Of a stretch of DNA of 64,000 nt, positions 29,281-39,452 are shown piece by piece. A model generated the notes under the pieces. The model made no database searches. It was not told where the DNA came from and saw nothing but the letters and a program-made list of their open reading frames with translations. How positions within the stretch are numbered: position 1 is the stretch's first letter; every line of letters begins with the position of its first letter. A program made the translations under genes and the position numbers. This DNA comes from Candidatus Poribacteria bacterium (GTDB lineage: Bacteria; Poribacteria; WGA-4E; PCPOR2b): positions 512,001-576,000 of the forward strand of contig OZ240245.1 in the NCBI GenBank assembly GCA_965198175.1, given 5' to 3'.

Positions 29281-31779
29281 ATGGTCGTCCATACAGAAAA
29301 AGTTCTAGAATATGATAAGTTGAAATCGCTGCTCAAGAAATACACCCTTTCTCAATTGGGCGCATTAAGAGTAGAGGAGCTAAAGCCGAGTCGTCAGATA
29401 GACGAGATTCGACAACAACAGAAGCTTTGTAGTGAAGCAAAGGCTTTGTATCAAACATCGAACGGTTTTCCACTAAGAGGATTACAGGATATTTCTCCTG
29501 TTCTCCGAAAGGTTGCGAAGCCTGGCGCGATTTTAGAAGCCGATCAACTCCTTGATGTCGGTCGTGTGGCACACGTTGCCCAGAACGTCAGACGAGGGTT
29601 AGCGAAAATCAATGCGAGCGACTTCCCGAACCTCTGCACAATCGTTAATAATCTTCCGACATTTGTCGAGCTGGCCAAATCTATCACCGACTGTATCAGT
29701 TCAGAAGGCGAAATTCTCGATCAAGCCAGTCCAACCTTGAGAAATATTCGACGGCAGTTGACAAACACCCGGGAAAAAATCCAGTCGAAACTAGAAACCA
29801 TCCTACGTTCTCCCCACCATCAGAAATCGCTCCAAGAAAACATCATCACCCTCCGAAACGATCGCTACGTCATTCCCATCAAACAAGACGCTAGAAGCCA
29901 TTTCCCAGGTATTGTTCAGGGGCAATCCACAAGTGGGGCAACTGTATTCATCGAACCTTTCAGTATTGTTGAACTCAACAACGCCTTGCATCAACTCGCG
30001 GAAGAAGAACGTCAAGAGGTTCGTCGGGTTTTATTTGTATTGAGTGAACAGGTTCGTGAGTGCGTAACCGGTTTAGAAGTGGCATTGGACATATTGGGTG
30101 AACTGGACTTCCTGGGTGCAAAGACACAATTAAGTCTTAATCTCAACGCGGTTGAACCCCTCCTCAACGCACGTGGGTTTGTGAAATTGATGTCAGCGAG
30201 ACATCCGTTACTTGAAGCGAATCTACAATTACAGGCCAGGAAGGGCAAAACGCTCAACCGACCGAATAGGGAGGGCGATAGTTTTCGAAGACTATCGCAG
30301 TCACTATCCGTTCCCTTGATCGTTCCCACCGATTTACACATCGGCGACTCATTTCATACGATTGTTATTACAGGACCGAACACAGGCGGAAAAACCGTCG
30401 TGCTCAAAACAATCGGTCTACTTACGCTCATGGCACAATCGGGACTGCACATCCCAGCGCGGAGTGGTAGTGAAATTGCTGTCTTTGACGATATTTTCGC
30501 AGATATTGGTGACGAGCAGAGTATCGAACAGAATCTGAGCACTTTTTCATCGCACATCACCAAGATTATTGAGATTTTAAAGCATCTTGAGCGAAGCGAC
30601 ATCCCTGATCGCAAATCGGAGAAGGGTGAGAAGTCGTTGGTGCTGCTGGACGAACTTGGTGCAGGTACAGACCCTACTGAGGGAGCAGCGCTAGGTATGG
30701 CGATTCTTGACCGGCTTGGTCAAAGTGGGGCTCGTACTATTGTAACGACCCATTATGGCGCCCTAAAAGCGCATGCCCATACCCAAGAAGGGATGGAGAA
30801 TGCTTCGATGGAGTTTAATTGGTTAACTTTAAGTCCTACCTATCGCCTTTTAATAGGTGTGCCTGGAAGTAGTAATGCGATTAAAATTGCCCAACGGTTG
30901 GGTATGCCCGACTCGATAACTTCTGAAGCAAAAGCATACATGGGAGATCGGCTAGTCGCCGTTGAGGACTTGATTGTTAGCATGCAAGAATCACAACGTG
31001 AACTTGAAGCTGAACGCGAAATTGTTCAGGGGAAAGTTCGAGCTGCTGAAACTATATATAAAAAACATGAAGCTCTCATCAGCCAATTTGAAGTAGAACG
31101 GGATGAACTGAAGCGAACGGCTGAAAAGGAGGCTTCCGAGATTCTCAAGAATGCGCGTAAACTAATTGAACGGACAATCGCAGATGTGCATAAGGAAAGC
31201 GCATCGAAAAAGAGTGTGCGCTCAGCTGTCACCCACATTGAGAATGCTCAGAAAGAACTCAAGGAGCGCCATCAGCCTAAGGAACAAGCTTTGACAGAAC
31301 CCCCACCGCTTCCAAAGATTCAGGTGGGAGATAAGGTTCGGCTCAAAGGACTGAATCAGTTTGGGGAGGTTGTATCAATTATAAAAAGCAGTAAGGCACC
31401 GTTAAAGGTCCGGGTTCGCAATATGCAGATGCAAGTCTCATACGATGAAATTGAGCTATGTCCGGAGGTCGGAAGCGATAACCCGAATCTAGCTCCTTCA
31501 GTATTAGATGTTCAACACCGAAAAGCAGGTGTTATCAAAACCGAACTAAATCTGCGAGGCAAAACAGTCAATGAGGCATTAGATGAGACTGATAAATATT
31601 TGGACGACGCTTTCCTCGCTGGTTTATCAAATGTGCGAATTATTCACGGCAAGGGCACCGGTGCGTTACGTGGTGCAATACAGAAATTGTTGTGCGAACA
31701 TCCTTTAGTTGTAGATTTTCAGGCAGCACCACTTAACGAAGGTGGTGCTGGCGTCACAAACATTATCCTGAAAGATTAG
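29281..31779 (+). CDS. mutS2: Endonuclease MutS2
   Basis: TGPNTGGKT, DIGDEQSIEQNLSTFSSH, DELGAGTDP, Smr domain IIHGKGTGALR. Confidence 0.96.
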   Translation: MVVHTEKVLEYDKLKSLLKKYTLSQLGALRVEELKPSRQIDEIRQQQKLCSEAKALYQTSNGFPLRGLQDISPVLRKVAKPGAILEADQLLDVGRVAHVAQNVRRGLAKINASDFPNLCTIVNNLPTFVELAKSITDCISSEGEILDQASPTLRNIRRQLTNTREKIQSKLETILRSPHHQKSLQENIITLRNDRYVIPIKQDARSHFPGIVQGQSTSGATVFIEPFSIVELNNALHQLAEEERQEVRRVLFVLSEQVRECVTGLEVALDILGELDFLGAKTQLSLNLNAVEPLLNARGFVKLMSARHPLLEANLQLQARKGKTLNRPNREGDSFRRLSQSLSVPLIVPTDLHIGDSFHTIVITGPNTGGKTVVLKTIGLLTLMAQSGLHIPARSGSEIAVFDDIFADIGDEQSIEQNLSTFSSHITKIIEILKHLERSDIPDRKSEKGEKSLVLLDELGAGTDPTEGAALGMAILDRLGQSGARTIVTTHYGALKAHAHTQEGMENASMEFNWLTLSPTYRLLIGVPGSSNAIKIAQRLGMPDSITSEAKAYMGDRLVAVEDLIVSMQESQRELEAEREIVQGKVRAAETIYKKHEALISQFEVERDELKRTAEKEASEILKNARKLIERTIADVHKESASKKSVRSAVTHIENAQKELKERHQPKEQALTEPPPLPKIQVGDKVRLKGLNQFGEVVSIIKSSKAPLKVRVRNMQMQVSYDEIELCPEVGSDNPNLAPSVLDVQHRKAGVIKTELNLRGKTVNEALDETDKYLDDAFLAGLSNVRIIHGKGTGALRGAIQKLLCEHPLVVDFQAAPLNEGGAGVTNIILKD

Positions 31780-31810
31780 ACACAGGGCCGAATAAAGTTG
31801 GTGGGTTGAG

Positions 31811-33595
31811 ATGAATCAATCGTCGAATTACATTCCACCCGAACTACTGAACGAAATTCGAGCGCAAAACGATATTGCGGAAGTGATATCTGATTGTGGA
31901 ATTCCGTTGCGGGCCGCGGGTAAAGAGTACAGAGCCCTTTGTCCCTTCCACGAAGAGCAAAAGCCCTCCTTCAGCGTTTCTCCCGAGAAACAAATCTTCT
32001 ACTGTTTCGGTTGTAATAGCGGTGGCAATGTGATTAGCTTCCTTCAGAAACATGAAGGTATGTCTTTCATCGAAGCCGTTGAGTGGTTGGCGGAACGTGT
32101 TGGAATTTCATTGCCGAGTCAGGACGGAAAATCACGGCAGATAAATCGTAAACGTCTTGAACTTCAGGATCTCAACCGTTTTGCAATGGCGCATTTCCAT
32201 CGACAACTCTTAACGCCTCAAATCGGTGCACATGCGTTGGCATATCTCAAAAGACGCGGTGTTAAAGATCAAACAATTCGCCAATTCCAACTCGGGTATG
32301 CCACCCGTGGACGCCGGGATCTCGTCAGAACTGCAACAAAAGCCGATTTTTCACTACAACAACTCATTGATGCCGGGCTCGTCAAGAACGATGAACAGGG
32401 GCCCATGGATCGCTTTCGAGAACGCATCATTTTTCCAATACTTGATGAACGTGGGGCACCTGTCGGATTCGGTGGACGCGCGTTATCTGAAGAAACGCTT
32501 CCCAAATATCTGAATTCGCCTACGACAAGTCTTTATGATAAAAGCAAAACGCTCTATAATTTGTACAACGCTCGCCAATCAATTCAGAAAGAAGGGAAAG
32601 CTATTCTCGTCGAAGGCTATTTTGATGCAATCATGCCCTATCAGGCAGGTGTGAAACATGTAGTTGCCTCATTAGGAACAGCATTTAGCGAATCACACGC
32701 TAGTTTATTGAATCGATTTGCTGAGGAGACGATTATCGTTTATGATGGCGATCGTGCCGGTTTCCAGGCGACGCTGCGAGGGTTACACATCCTTCTGAAG
32801 GAAGGACTGCGTGTTCGTATTGCACTTCTTCCGCCTGGTGAGGATCCAGATCAATTTATTCAAACGCAAGGGATAGATGCGTTCAATCAACTCAGCAACA
32901 CCGCAATGAATCTCATTGAATTTCAGATTCAACGCGCCTCTCAACAGGATGCAATCCGTCGGGTTGATGTGAAAACTCAGACAGTAAAAGAGATTGCTCT
33001 AACTTTATCTCATATTGCAAGCCGGGTTGAGCTCAATGAATATATTACATATGCCGCGCAAGAACTCGATATTGAACGTGCCGTGTTATCGAAGGAGCTA
33101 CAGCGTCTCGGTGTAAAAACAAACCGTTCACCCCAATTGCGTTCCCCATCCGATTATGCCAGAAAGGCAAGCCTCAAACCACGCGAGTCAATCGAATGGC
33201 AATTGATTGAATCCCTTATACAGAGCCCAAATCTTATTCCCCGCGTTAAAGAACAATTCCGCTATCAGGATTTTACACACCCCGATTTTGCAATTATTGC
33301 TCAAATGCTTTGGGAAGGGTGCAAATCCGAAGACCTACTTGACGTACAAGACCTCATTGACACCTGTACGAATGATAGAATAAAAGGTTTTATCTCCAAT
33401 GCCCTTCTGCAAAGAACGATCTCACCGAATCTGAAAGTGCGAGTTGAGGGGTGTTTGAAGAAACTCAAAGGATTTTTATTGTGGGATATCGAACGTGGAA
33501 GACGTTCCACTGCCCTCACGCAGGGGGATGATAACATTGAGACTCTTGCAGAACTTGTTGAACTTTCGAAGCGAAGGCGACATTTCGTCCATTAA
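31811..33595 (+). CDS. dnaG: DNA primase
   Basis: CPFH..CFGC zinc finger, KYLNSP, VEGYFD, YDGDRAG TOPRIM. Confidence 0.97.
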   Translation: MNQSSNYIPPELLNEIRAQNDIAEVISDCGIPLRAAGKEYRALCPFHEEQKPSFSVSPEKQIFYCFGCNSGGNVISFLQKHEGMSFIEAVEWLAERVGISLPSQDGKSRQINRKRLELQDLNRFAMAHFHRQLLTPQIGAHALAYLKRRGVKDQTIRQFQLGYATRGRRDLVRTATKADFSLQQLIDAGLVKNDEQGPMDRFRERIIFPILDERGAPVGFGGRALSEETLPKYLNSPTTSLYDKSKTLYNLYNARQSIQKEGKAILVEGYFDAIMPYQAGVKHVVASLGTAFSESHASLLNRFAEETIIVYDGDRAGFQATLRGLHILLKEGLRVRIALLPPGEDPDQFIQTQGIDAFNQLSNTAMNLIEFQIQRASQQDAIRRVDVKTQTVKEIALTLSHIASRVELNEYITYAAQELDIERAVLSKELQRLGVKTNRSPQLRSPSDYARKASLKPRESIEWQLIESLIQSPNLIPRVKEQFRYQDFTHPDFAIIAQMLWEGCKSEDLLDVQDLIDTCTNDRIKGFISNALLQRTISPNLKVRVEGCLKKLKGFLLWDIERGRRSTALTQGDDNIETLAELVELSKRRRHFVH

Positions 33596-33668
33596 TCCCT
33601 CTTTTTTGTTAGATGGTGATAATCTCGAAGATTGACACCCTCTAAACCTTAAGGAGAAATTATTAAGA

Positions 33669-35444
33669 ATGGTTTCGACGACTAAAATGAACAACGGCTT
33701 GACCGATCCAGACAGAGAGCAAGGTTACTTGGAATATAGTGAACAACCGGATGCCTCACCAGAGGATTTCGAGGATTTGTTATGTTTGGACGTGGAAGAA
33801 CTCAATCCTTCCAACGACACGGCCGTTCTTGATGAGGGAGATTTGATAACAATGGATTTAAGAGATATTGATTGCAGTGGTGTTTACTCTGACAGTGAGG
33901 AAAATGTCGATGGTGGAAACTACGACGATGAGTTGTTAATCAATCTGAACCCGGATAAATTTGACAAGGTTGATGACCCGGTCCGCGTGTACCTAAGGGA
34001 GATGGGACGTATCCCTTTGCTGTCTAAGCAGCAAGAAGTCATTTTATCAAAACGGATTGAGGAAGCGCATAGAATTGTCCAAGAAGCAATATTTGAAACC
34101 CCATTGGCGATTGCGCAGGTGGGAGAGCTTCTCAACCAAGTTTTGACAGGAAGCAAGAAGCCTTCCGATGTGATTGAAATGCCAGTTTCAAGCGCTTCCG
34201 TTAGCGATAAAGAGGAGAAATATCTCAAAACAGCAAGAGAGCTTATAGCCTATTTGAAAGATGTTGAATTGGAAATGCGTAGCCGAGAACACGGGCAAGC
34301 ATATGAGAACCTTCCTCCTGATGAGGAGGAAACCATTCGGCAAAAACCTGAATCGAATCTCGAAGAGTTGATTAACAACTTGAAACAAGTGAAGATAAAT
34401 CAGGAAGAAATCAGCAAAATTTCAGGTAAGATTAAAGAAGTTGCCAATACTATAGCCGATTTGGAAAAAAAGATTGAGCAAATTGAGAAGATGTGCAATA
34501 TGCCCGCCAATCAACTCTGTCAGTTAGTTCGGGATGACGCGCTTGCCAAAATAGGAAGCCCTGATTCGAAGCCGATTACGGAGTCGCTTAAACATCATAA
34601 TGGAGAAATTGTTAGGGCACAGCGCATGATTGAACAATTAGAATATGAAATTGGCCTTCCACGGGCGGAACTAAACCAAGTGGTTCAGCGAGTTTATCAG
34701 GGAGAGATGGGCGCTCAAGAGGCAAAGATGATGATTGTCGAATCGAACCTGCGACTCGTTGTGAGCATTGCGAAAAAATATAGGAACCGTACGCCGGGGT
34801 TGGCATTTCTGGACCTCATTCAAGAAGGAAATATCGGTTTGATGAAAGCGGTAGATAAATTTGATTATCAGCGTGGTTACAAATTTAGCACCTATGCAAC
34901 ATGGTGGATTCGTCAAGGCATCACTCGCGCTATTGCCGATCAAGCCCGTACTATCCGTATTCCTGTCCACATGATTGAGACAATAAATAAACTTATCCGC
35001 ACCTCGCGTTACCTTGTGCAAGAAAAGGGGCGTGAGCCTACTCCGCAGGAGATTGCAGACGAAATGGACCTGCCCCTTGAAAAAGTGAGACAAGTATTTC
35101 GCATTGCCCAGGAACCCGTCTCCCTAGAAATGCCGGTGGGAGAAGAGGAAGATAGCCAGCTCGGCGATTTCATTGAAGATAAGGATTCAAAATCACCAGT
35201 GAACGAAGCGGCATTCACGATGCTAAAAGAACGGGTTGAAGATGTGCTGACGACATTGACAGAGCGTGAGGCAAAGGTGATTCGCTTGCGGTTTGGAATT
35301 GGAGATGGGTACCCCCGGACGCTAGAGGAGGTAGGCGCAGAATTTCAAGTGACACGCGAACGTGTCCGTCAAATTGAGGCAAAAGCTTTGCGAAAACTGC
35401 GTCATCCAATCCGTAGCCAGCAACTACGGGGATTTCTGGATTAG
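33669..35444 (+). CDS. rpoD: Primary sigma factor
   Basis: [45 protein letters not shown]; follows dnaG. Confidence 0.97.
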   Translation: MVSTTKMNNGLTDPDREQGYLEYSEQPDASPEDFEDLLCLDVEELNPSNDTAVLDEGDLITMDLRDIDCSGVYSDSEENVDGGNYDDELLINLNPDKFDKVDDPVRVYLREMGRIPLLSKQQEVILSKRIEEAHRIVQEAIFETPLAIAQVGELLNQVLTGSKKPSDVIEMPVSSASVSDKEEKYLKTARELIAYLKDVELEMRSREHGQAYENLPPDEEETIRQKPESNLEELINNLKQVKINQEEISKISGKIKEVANTIADLEKKIEQIEKMCNMPANQLCQLVRDDALAKIGSPDSKPITESLKHHNGEIVRAQRMIEQLEYEIGLPRAELNQVVQRVYQGEMGAQEAKMMIVESNLRLVVSIAKKYRNRTPGLAFLDLIQEGNIGLMKAVDKFDYQRGYKFSTYATWWIRQGITRAIADQARTIRIPVHMIETINKLIRTSRYLVQEKGREPTPQEIADEMDLPLEKVRQVFRIAQEPVSLEMPVGEEEDSQLGDFIEDKDSKSPVNEAAFTMLKERVEDVLTTLTEREAKVIRLRFGIGDGYPRTLEEVGAEFQVTRERVRQIEAKALRKLRHPIRSQQLRGFLD

Positions 35445-35502
35445 CTATCCCAGATGAAACTTCTCGCGTGAATGACGCCTATCTCCCGATTGAGATTTAC
35501 TA

Positions 35503-35531
35503 TTGACAAATCTACTTCAAACTTTTACAAT
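35503..35531 (+). promoter_or_regulatory. sigma70 promoter of the tRNA pair
   Basis: TTGACA-N17-TACAAT. Confidence 0.8.
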
Positions 35532-35549
35532 AAAGCCACAATTTCAGAT

Positions 35550-35625
35550 GGGCCTATAGCTCAGTGGTTAGAGCAGCCGGCTCATAACCGGCAGGTCCTA
35601 GGTTCAAATCCTAGTGGGCCCACCA
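35550..35625 (+). tRNA. tRNA with CAT anticodon, probably Ile2 (lysidine)
   Basis: GGGCCTA acceptor, GCCGG-CTCATAA-CCGGC, A73 discriminator plus CCA. Confidence 0.9.
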
Positions 35626-35660
35626 CTTTTCCATTTGTTTGTCTTTCTCGCCTTCCTTAT

Positions 35661-35736
35661 GGGGCGTTAGCTCAGGGGTACGAGCGCTACCTTCACACGG
35701 TAGAAGTCACTGGTTCAAATCCAGTACGCCCCACCA
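35661..35736 (+). tRNA. tRNA-Val(CAC)
   Basis: GGGGCGT/ACGCCCC acceptor, CTACC-TTCACAC-GGTAG, CCA. Confidence 0.93.
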
Positions 35737-35922
35737 CCCACCTAACAATTTTCCCGCCTGTGAGTTTGAAATTCCGCCAAGCTATTTGCACCTCCTCTGT
35801 CATGAAAAATGTCACACTGATACCCAATGTTTCCGACTTTACCCGGCGTGTGAGCAGAACGCCAACGACCTTTCGACAGAAATGTATCCTCAACGTACAC
35901 GGGAATATGCCGGTCTTTAATA

Positions 35923-37017
35923 TCAGCTTTCCACTTCCCATTCGTTAAGACCCAGCGGAAGAGGCGCGGGGCGCTCCACCGTACTCTGTATCTCGACATA
36001 CTGACCGGAGTGCGAGGATTTATCAAATGCGAGCATCGTTTCCAGAACGTGTTGCGCTAACGTACCGCTGGCACGGTGCTCTCGCCCCGATCCAATTGCA
36101 CGAACCATATCAATAACGCCAATCATGCGGCCATTCTGTGGAAATGCGAGCGGAACATCGTACCAATCACCACCGGAATCAGAATTGCGCACTGGCCCCC
36201 CGAAATTATTTGGGTCGGGGACCTGCATCGAACCTGTTGTGCCGTAAAGTTCAATGCATGGTAGGCTGTGATTCCACATATCAAAACTCATAATCATTGT
36301 GACGATGGCACCACATACAAACTCCATTACACCCGTTAGGTGCGTGGTTGTCTGTACAGGAATGTGTAGACCGCGTACTGGTTCACTAGTTGCTATTCTT
36401 TCGTCAAAGGCTTTTGTTGTGATGCCCGCAACCCGCTTGACAGGACCGAGGAGGTTTACAAGCGCTGTAATGTAATAAGGGCCCATGTCCATCATGGGCC
36501 CTCCGCCGAGATCGTAGTGAAATGCAGGATTCGGATGCCAGCTTTCATGTCCATGGTTGCACATGAATGCCGTTCCGGCAATCGTTCTGCCAATACTATT
36601 TTCATCTATCATCTTTCGCGCTGTTTGAATCCCCGCCCCCAAAAATGTATCCGGTGCACAACCGACGCGGAGTCCTTGTTTGGTTGCCGTATGAAGAAGC
36701 TTTTCGCCGCTTTCAATATCGACAGCGAATGGTTTTTCGCTATAGACATGCTTTCCTGCCTCTATCGCCTCGGACCCTACAGCCGCGTGGGCTCTCGGAA
36801 CAGTCAGATTGACGACAAGTTCAATCTCCGCATCCGCTAGCAATTTGTCTACACTGACAGCTTGGCAACCGTATTTGTCCGCTTGCCTATGGGCAGCTTC
36901 CATATTGATATCTGCACAAGATTTGATTTCCAGAACATCCGTGTTTTGGGCGGCACCGAAATAGGTACTGCTAATCATACCACAGCCGATAATTCCGATT
37001 TTCATTTTGCCGTGCAT
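35923..37017 (-). CDS. Gfo/Idh/MocA oxidoreductase
   Basis: IGIIGCGMIS, GKHVYSEKP, GGGPMMDMGPY. Confidence 0.92.
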   Translation of the reverse strand: MHGKMKIGIIGCGMISSTYFGAAQNTDVLEIKSCADINMEAAHRQADKYGCQAVSVDKLLADAEIELVVNLTVPRAHAAVGSEAIEAGKHVYSEKPFAVDIESGEKLLHTATKQGLRVGCAPDTFLGAGIQTARKMIDENSIGRTIAGTAFMCNHGHESWHPNPAFHYDLGGGPMMDMGPYYITALVNLLGPVKRVAGITTKAFDERIATSEPVRGLHIPVQTTTHLTGVMEFVCGAIVTMIMSFDMWNHSLPCIELYGTTGSMQVPDPNNFGGPVRNSDSGGDWYDVPLAFPQNGRMIGVIDMVRAIGSGREHRASGTLAQHVLETMLAFDKSSHSGQYVEIQSTVERPAPLPLGLNEWEVES

Positions 37018-37347
37018 TTTATTTCCCCTTTGGTAACCTTTGGCAGTTCTTGGAACACTCTAATCAAGATTGTCATTGCCAAAGGTAAGTTTGGTGTGTA
37101 TAATATGTGGCGAAACTTGAGGAAGTTCGAGCGCGCAACTGTTGCGATGACAGCCTCCACAGATGCGAAGTTGTATGTCGCCTCTTCAGCCGGCCGCGAA
37201 AAGTCATACGAGTTGAGTTTCCTACATGGGGAAACTTCCACCATTTTGTGCGGCCCTGATTTTTCTATGTGTATTGATGACGTTGTTTTCAAAAACAACT
37301 TGTCTACAAACATCCAAAACCCAACACGTTTTAAGGGGGTCACTTTC

Positions 37348-38100
37348 ATGCGATCTATGACCGTTACCTTTCTTACTGGCTTTATCATCATGAACTTTAT
37401 TGCTGTACAGATAAATGCGGAAACCTTTCACTTTGAAGCTGAAGATTTCATCGACTCGGATGGAAAGGAGTGGGAGATTTTGAAACCGCCGTTCAGTGCC
37501 CCGGTACAAGTTCATGAACACATGGCAAAGGAGATTCGCGGTAAAGGCAAATATACCATCGCTGAAGCGTCCAACGGCGGCTTTATCGGTATTCCCAACG
37601 GTCCGGGTGACAGGCTCAACGTCCTGGGGGGTGCATGGATTAAGTATGCGTTCAATGTCCCGGCAGAAGGCAGTTATTACATATGGTCAAGAACTATCGC
37701 GCCGACAGTCGGCGATAACTCAATCTATTGGGGACTGGATATTGATGATGACAAGGTGGTGTCCGAAGACAATAAGGACATGAATATTTGGGATTTTTAT
37801 GAAGCTGCGCAATTCCGGCAGGAACTGTCCTCTGACTGGGTATGGTTCCAAATCAATAGCCGTTCGGGTCCGTTCAATGGGCCTGAAGCTACGCAGAACG
37901 GGCAAAATCCAAAACCTATGAGATTGTCTGCTGGAGATCATACGCTGCACATTGTTCACCGCGAGGACGGGATATATTTCGATGTGATTTTTGCCACCAC
38001 AAATAAGGCGCAAGACCCGAGTAAGGTACTTCCATCGTTAGCTGTATCGCCGCAAGGGAAATTGGCGATAACGTGGGGTAATATCAGGCGCAAGTATTAA
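37348..38100 (+). CDS. Secreted CBM6/35-like protein with conserved C-terminal tail
   Basis: Signal peptide, FEAEDF, LSAGDHTLHIVHREDG, AVSPQGKLAITWGNIR. Confidence 0.75.
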   Translation: MRSMTVTFLTGFIIMNFIAVQINAETFHFEAEDFIDSDGKEWEILKPPFSAPVQVHEHMAKEIRGKGKYTIAEASNGGFIGIPNGPGDRLNVLGGAWIKYAFNVPAEGSYYIWSRTIAPTVGDNSIYWGLDIDDDKVVSEDNKDMNIWDFYEAAQFRQELSSDWVWFQINSRSGPFNGPEATQNGQNPKPMRLSAGDHTLHIVHREDGIYFDVIFATTNKAQDPSKVLPSLAVSPQGKLAITWGNIRRKY

Positions 38101-38245
38101 GCTTGAGCTTGAAGAATTTGCGTGAGAGCTAACAACAGCATTACTTACTAGGAGTTTAAAACTCAGTGGCAATCCCTGCTATTCGGCGTTTTTTCGATTG
38201 TTTCCCATTAGTCTTTGAGAATTTGTGAGGCGCATCGCCATCTAC

Positions 38246-39130
38246 TCACTTGGGTGGTAAAAATTGGCGCAGATGACGACAACCATAGGCGATACCCTCC
38301 AGACCGGGCATTTCCCTGTCCTCATTCTCCACACAGAGCACATAATCGTAGCCTGATTTCAGCAGTGAGTTAATCAACGTGTCCCAATTCAACTGGCCCC
38401 GGCCTGGCACCCGGTACTGCCACCACCAGTTGCCAATGATGCCCTGGCGATATAGCATGTGCGGGTTTAACTCGCAATCCTTGACGTCCGCATAATACCA
38501 CTTGCCAGCGTAGTCTCGGATTACGTCTTCGACCGGCATAATCATCATCCACAACCAGTGCGACGGATCGCAGGACAACCCAAGGTAATCAGAGGGCACT
38601 GCGTTCAGAATTTTGTCCCACATCTCAGGGTTGCAGCCGATATTTCCCATGCGCACAGCTACATCCAAAGCAATCTTGATATCTCTGTCCTCGGCTACTT
38701 TGACCACCGGCGTGAACATCTCTGCAAAGCGTTCAACTAATTCCTCTGAGCGGTCGCTCGGGTTGCCCGGAGGCGATGAGTACATGCCGTAGAATTGGCC
38801 GTTCTTCACCGGTGCGCCGCTTCCAGTAATTACCACTGGGCATCCCAACACGCTGGCTGATTCGATTGCCTTTTTCAAACGGGTTTGTTCGGTCCGTCGC
38901 ACGTTTTCATCATCGTCCAGCAGATTGCAGTGTGAGCTGATACATGCAAGGTAGAGACCGTAATGGTCGAGTGTCTCTAATACTTCGTCTGGTCCCTCGG
39001 TGATAATACGGTCAGACTCCAGTACGCCACTGTCGGTTAGACGTACACAATCGAAGTCGTTCGCCTTTGCCCACGCGGCGCATTCTTCTAGACTCCAGCC
39101 TTCACCATCGGCCTGAAAACTTATATCCAT
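38246..39130 (-). CDS. Sugar phosphate isomerase/epimerase (TIM barrel)
   Basis: GLSCDPSH, VKD, PGRGQLNW, CVENED. Confidence 0.85.
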   Translation of the reverse strand: MDISFQADGEGWSLEECAAWAKANDFDCVRLTDSGVLESDRIITEGPDEVLETLDHYGLYLACISSHCNLLDDDENVRRTEQTRLKKAIESASVLGCPVVITGSGAPVKNGQFYGMYSSPPGNPSDRSEELVERFAEMFTPVVKVAEDRDIKIALDVAVRMGNIGCNPEMWDKILNAVPSDYLGLSCDPSHWLWMMIMPVEDVIRDYAGKWYYADVKDCELNPHMLYRQGIIGNWWWQYRVPGRGQLNWDTLINSLLKSGYDYVLCVENEDREMPGLEGIAYGCRHLRQFLPPK

Positions 39131-39452
39131 TTTTCAGTCTCCGCAGTCGTAGAAATGGGTGCTCTGGAAGTCGAGAGCTCCGACGCTCGACTGGATGCAG
39201 TCGTTATGAAGTTCACGGTGACTCTTCAAAGAGGTTCTAATAACCAATAGTGCTAGTTTGAAATTTGGAGGTCAATGGGCACTTAATTTTTTGCGATAAG
39301 GACATCGTTAATCAGAATCTTTGTCAATCCAAGGCAGAACGATATGCCCACTCTAGTGGCAGAGCGAGCAAGAATGTAGAGTATCTGGAGATGCCAATAG
39401 CCGTAGAACATCTTACATGTTGCGGTTCTCGCTTGCGGATTGAAACCCTATC

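Noticed and set aside
35472..35948. 158-aa ORF and overlapping ORFs after rpoD
   Set aside because: They overlap two clear tRNA genes; spurious
36862..37347. N-terminal extension of the 412-aa ORF
   Set aside because: Overlaps the opposite-strand oxidoreductase; the signal peptide and RBS point to 37348
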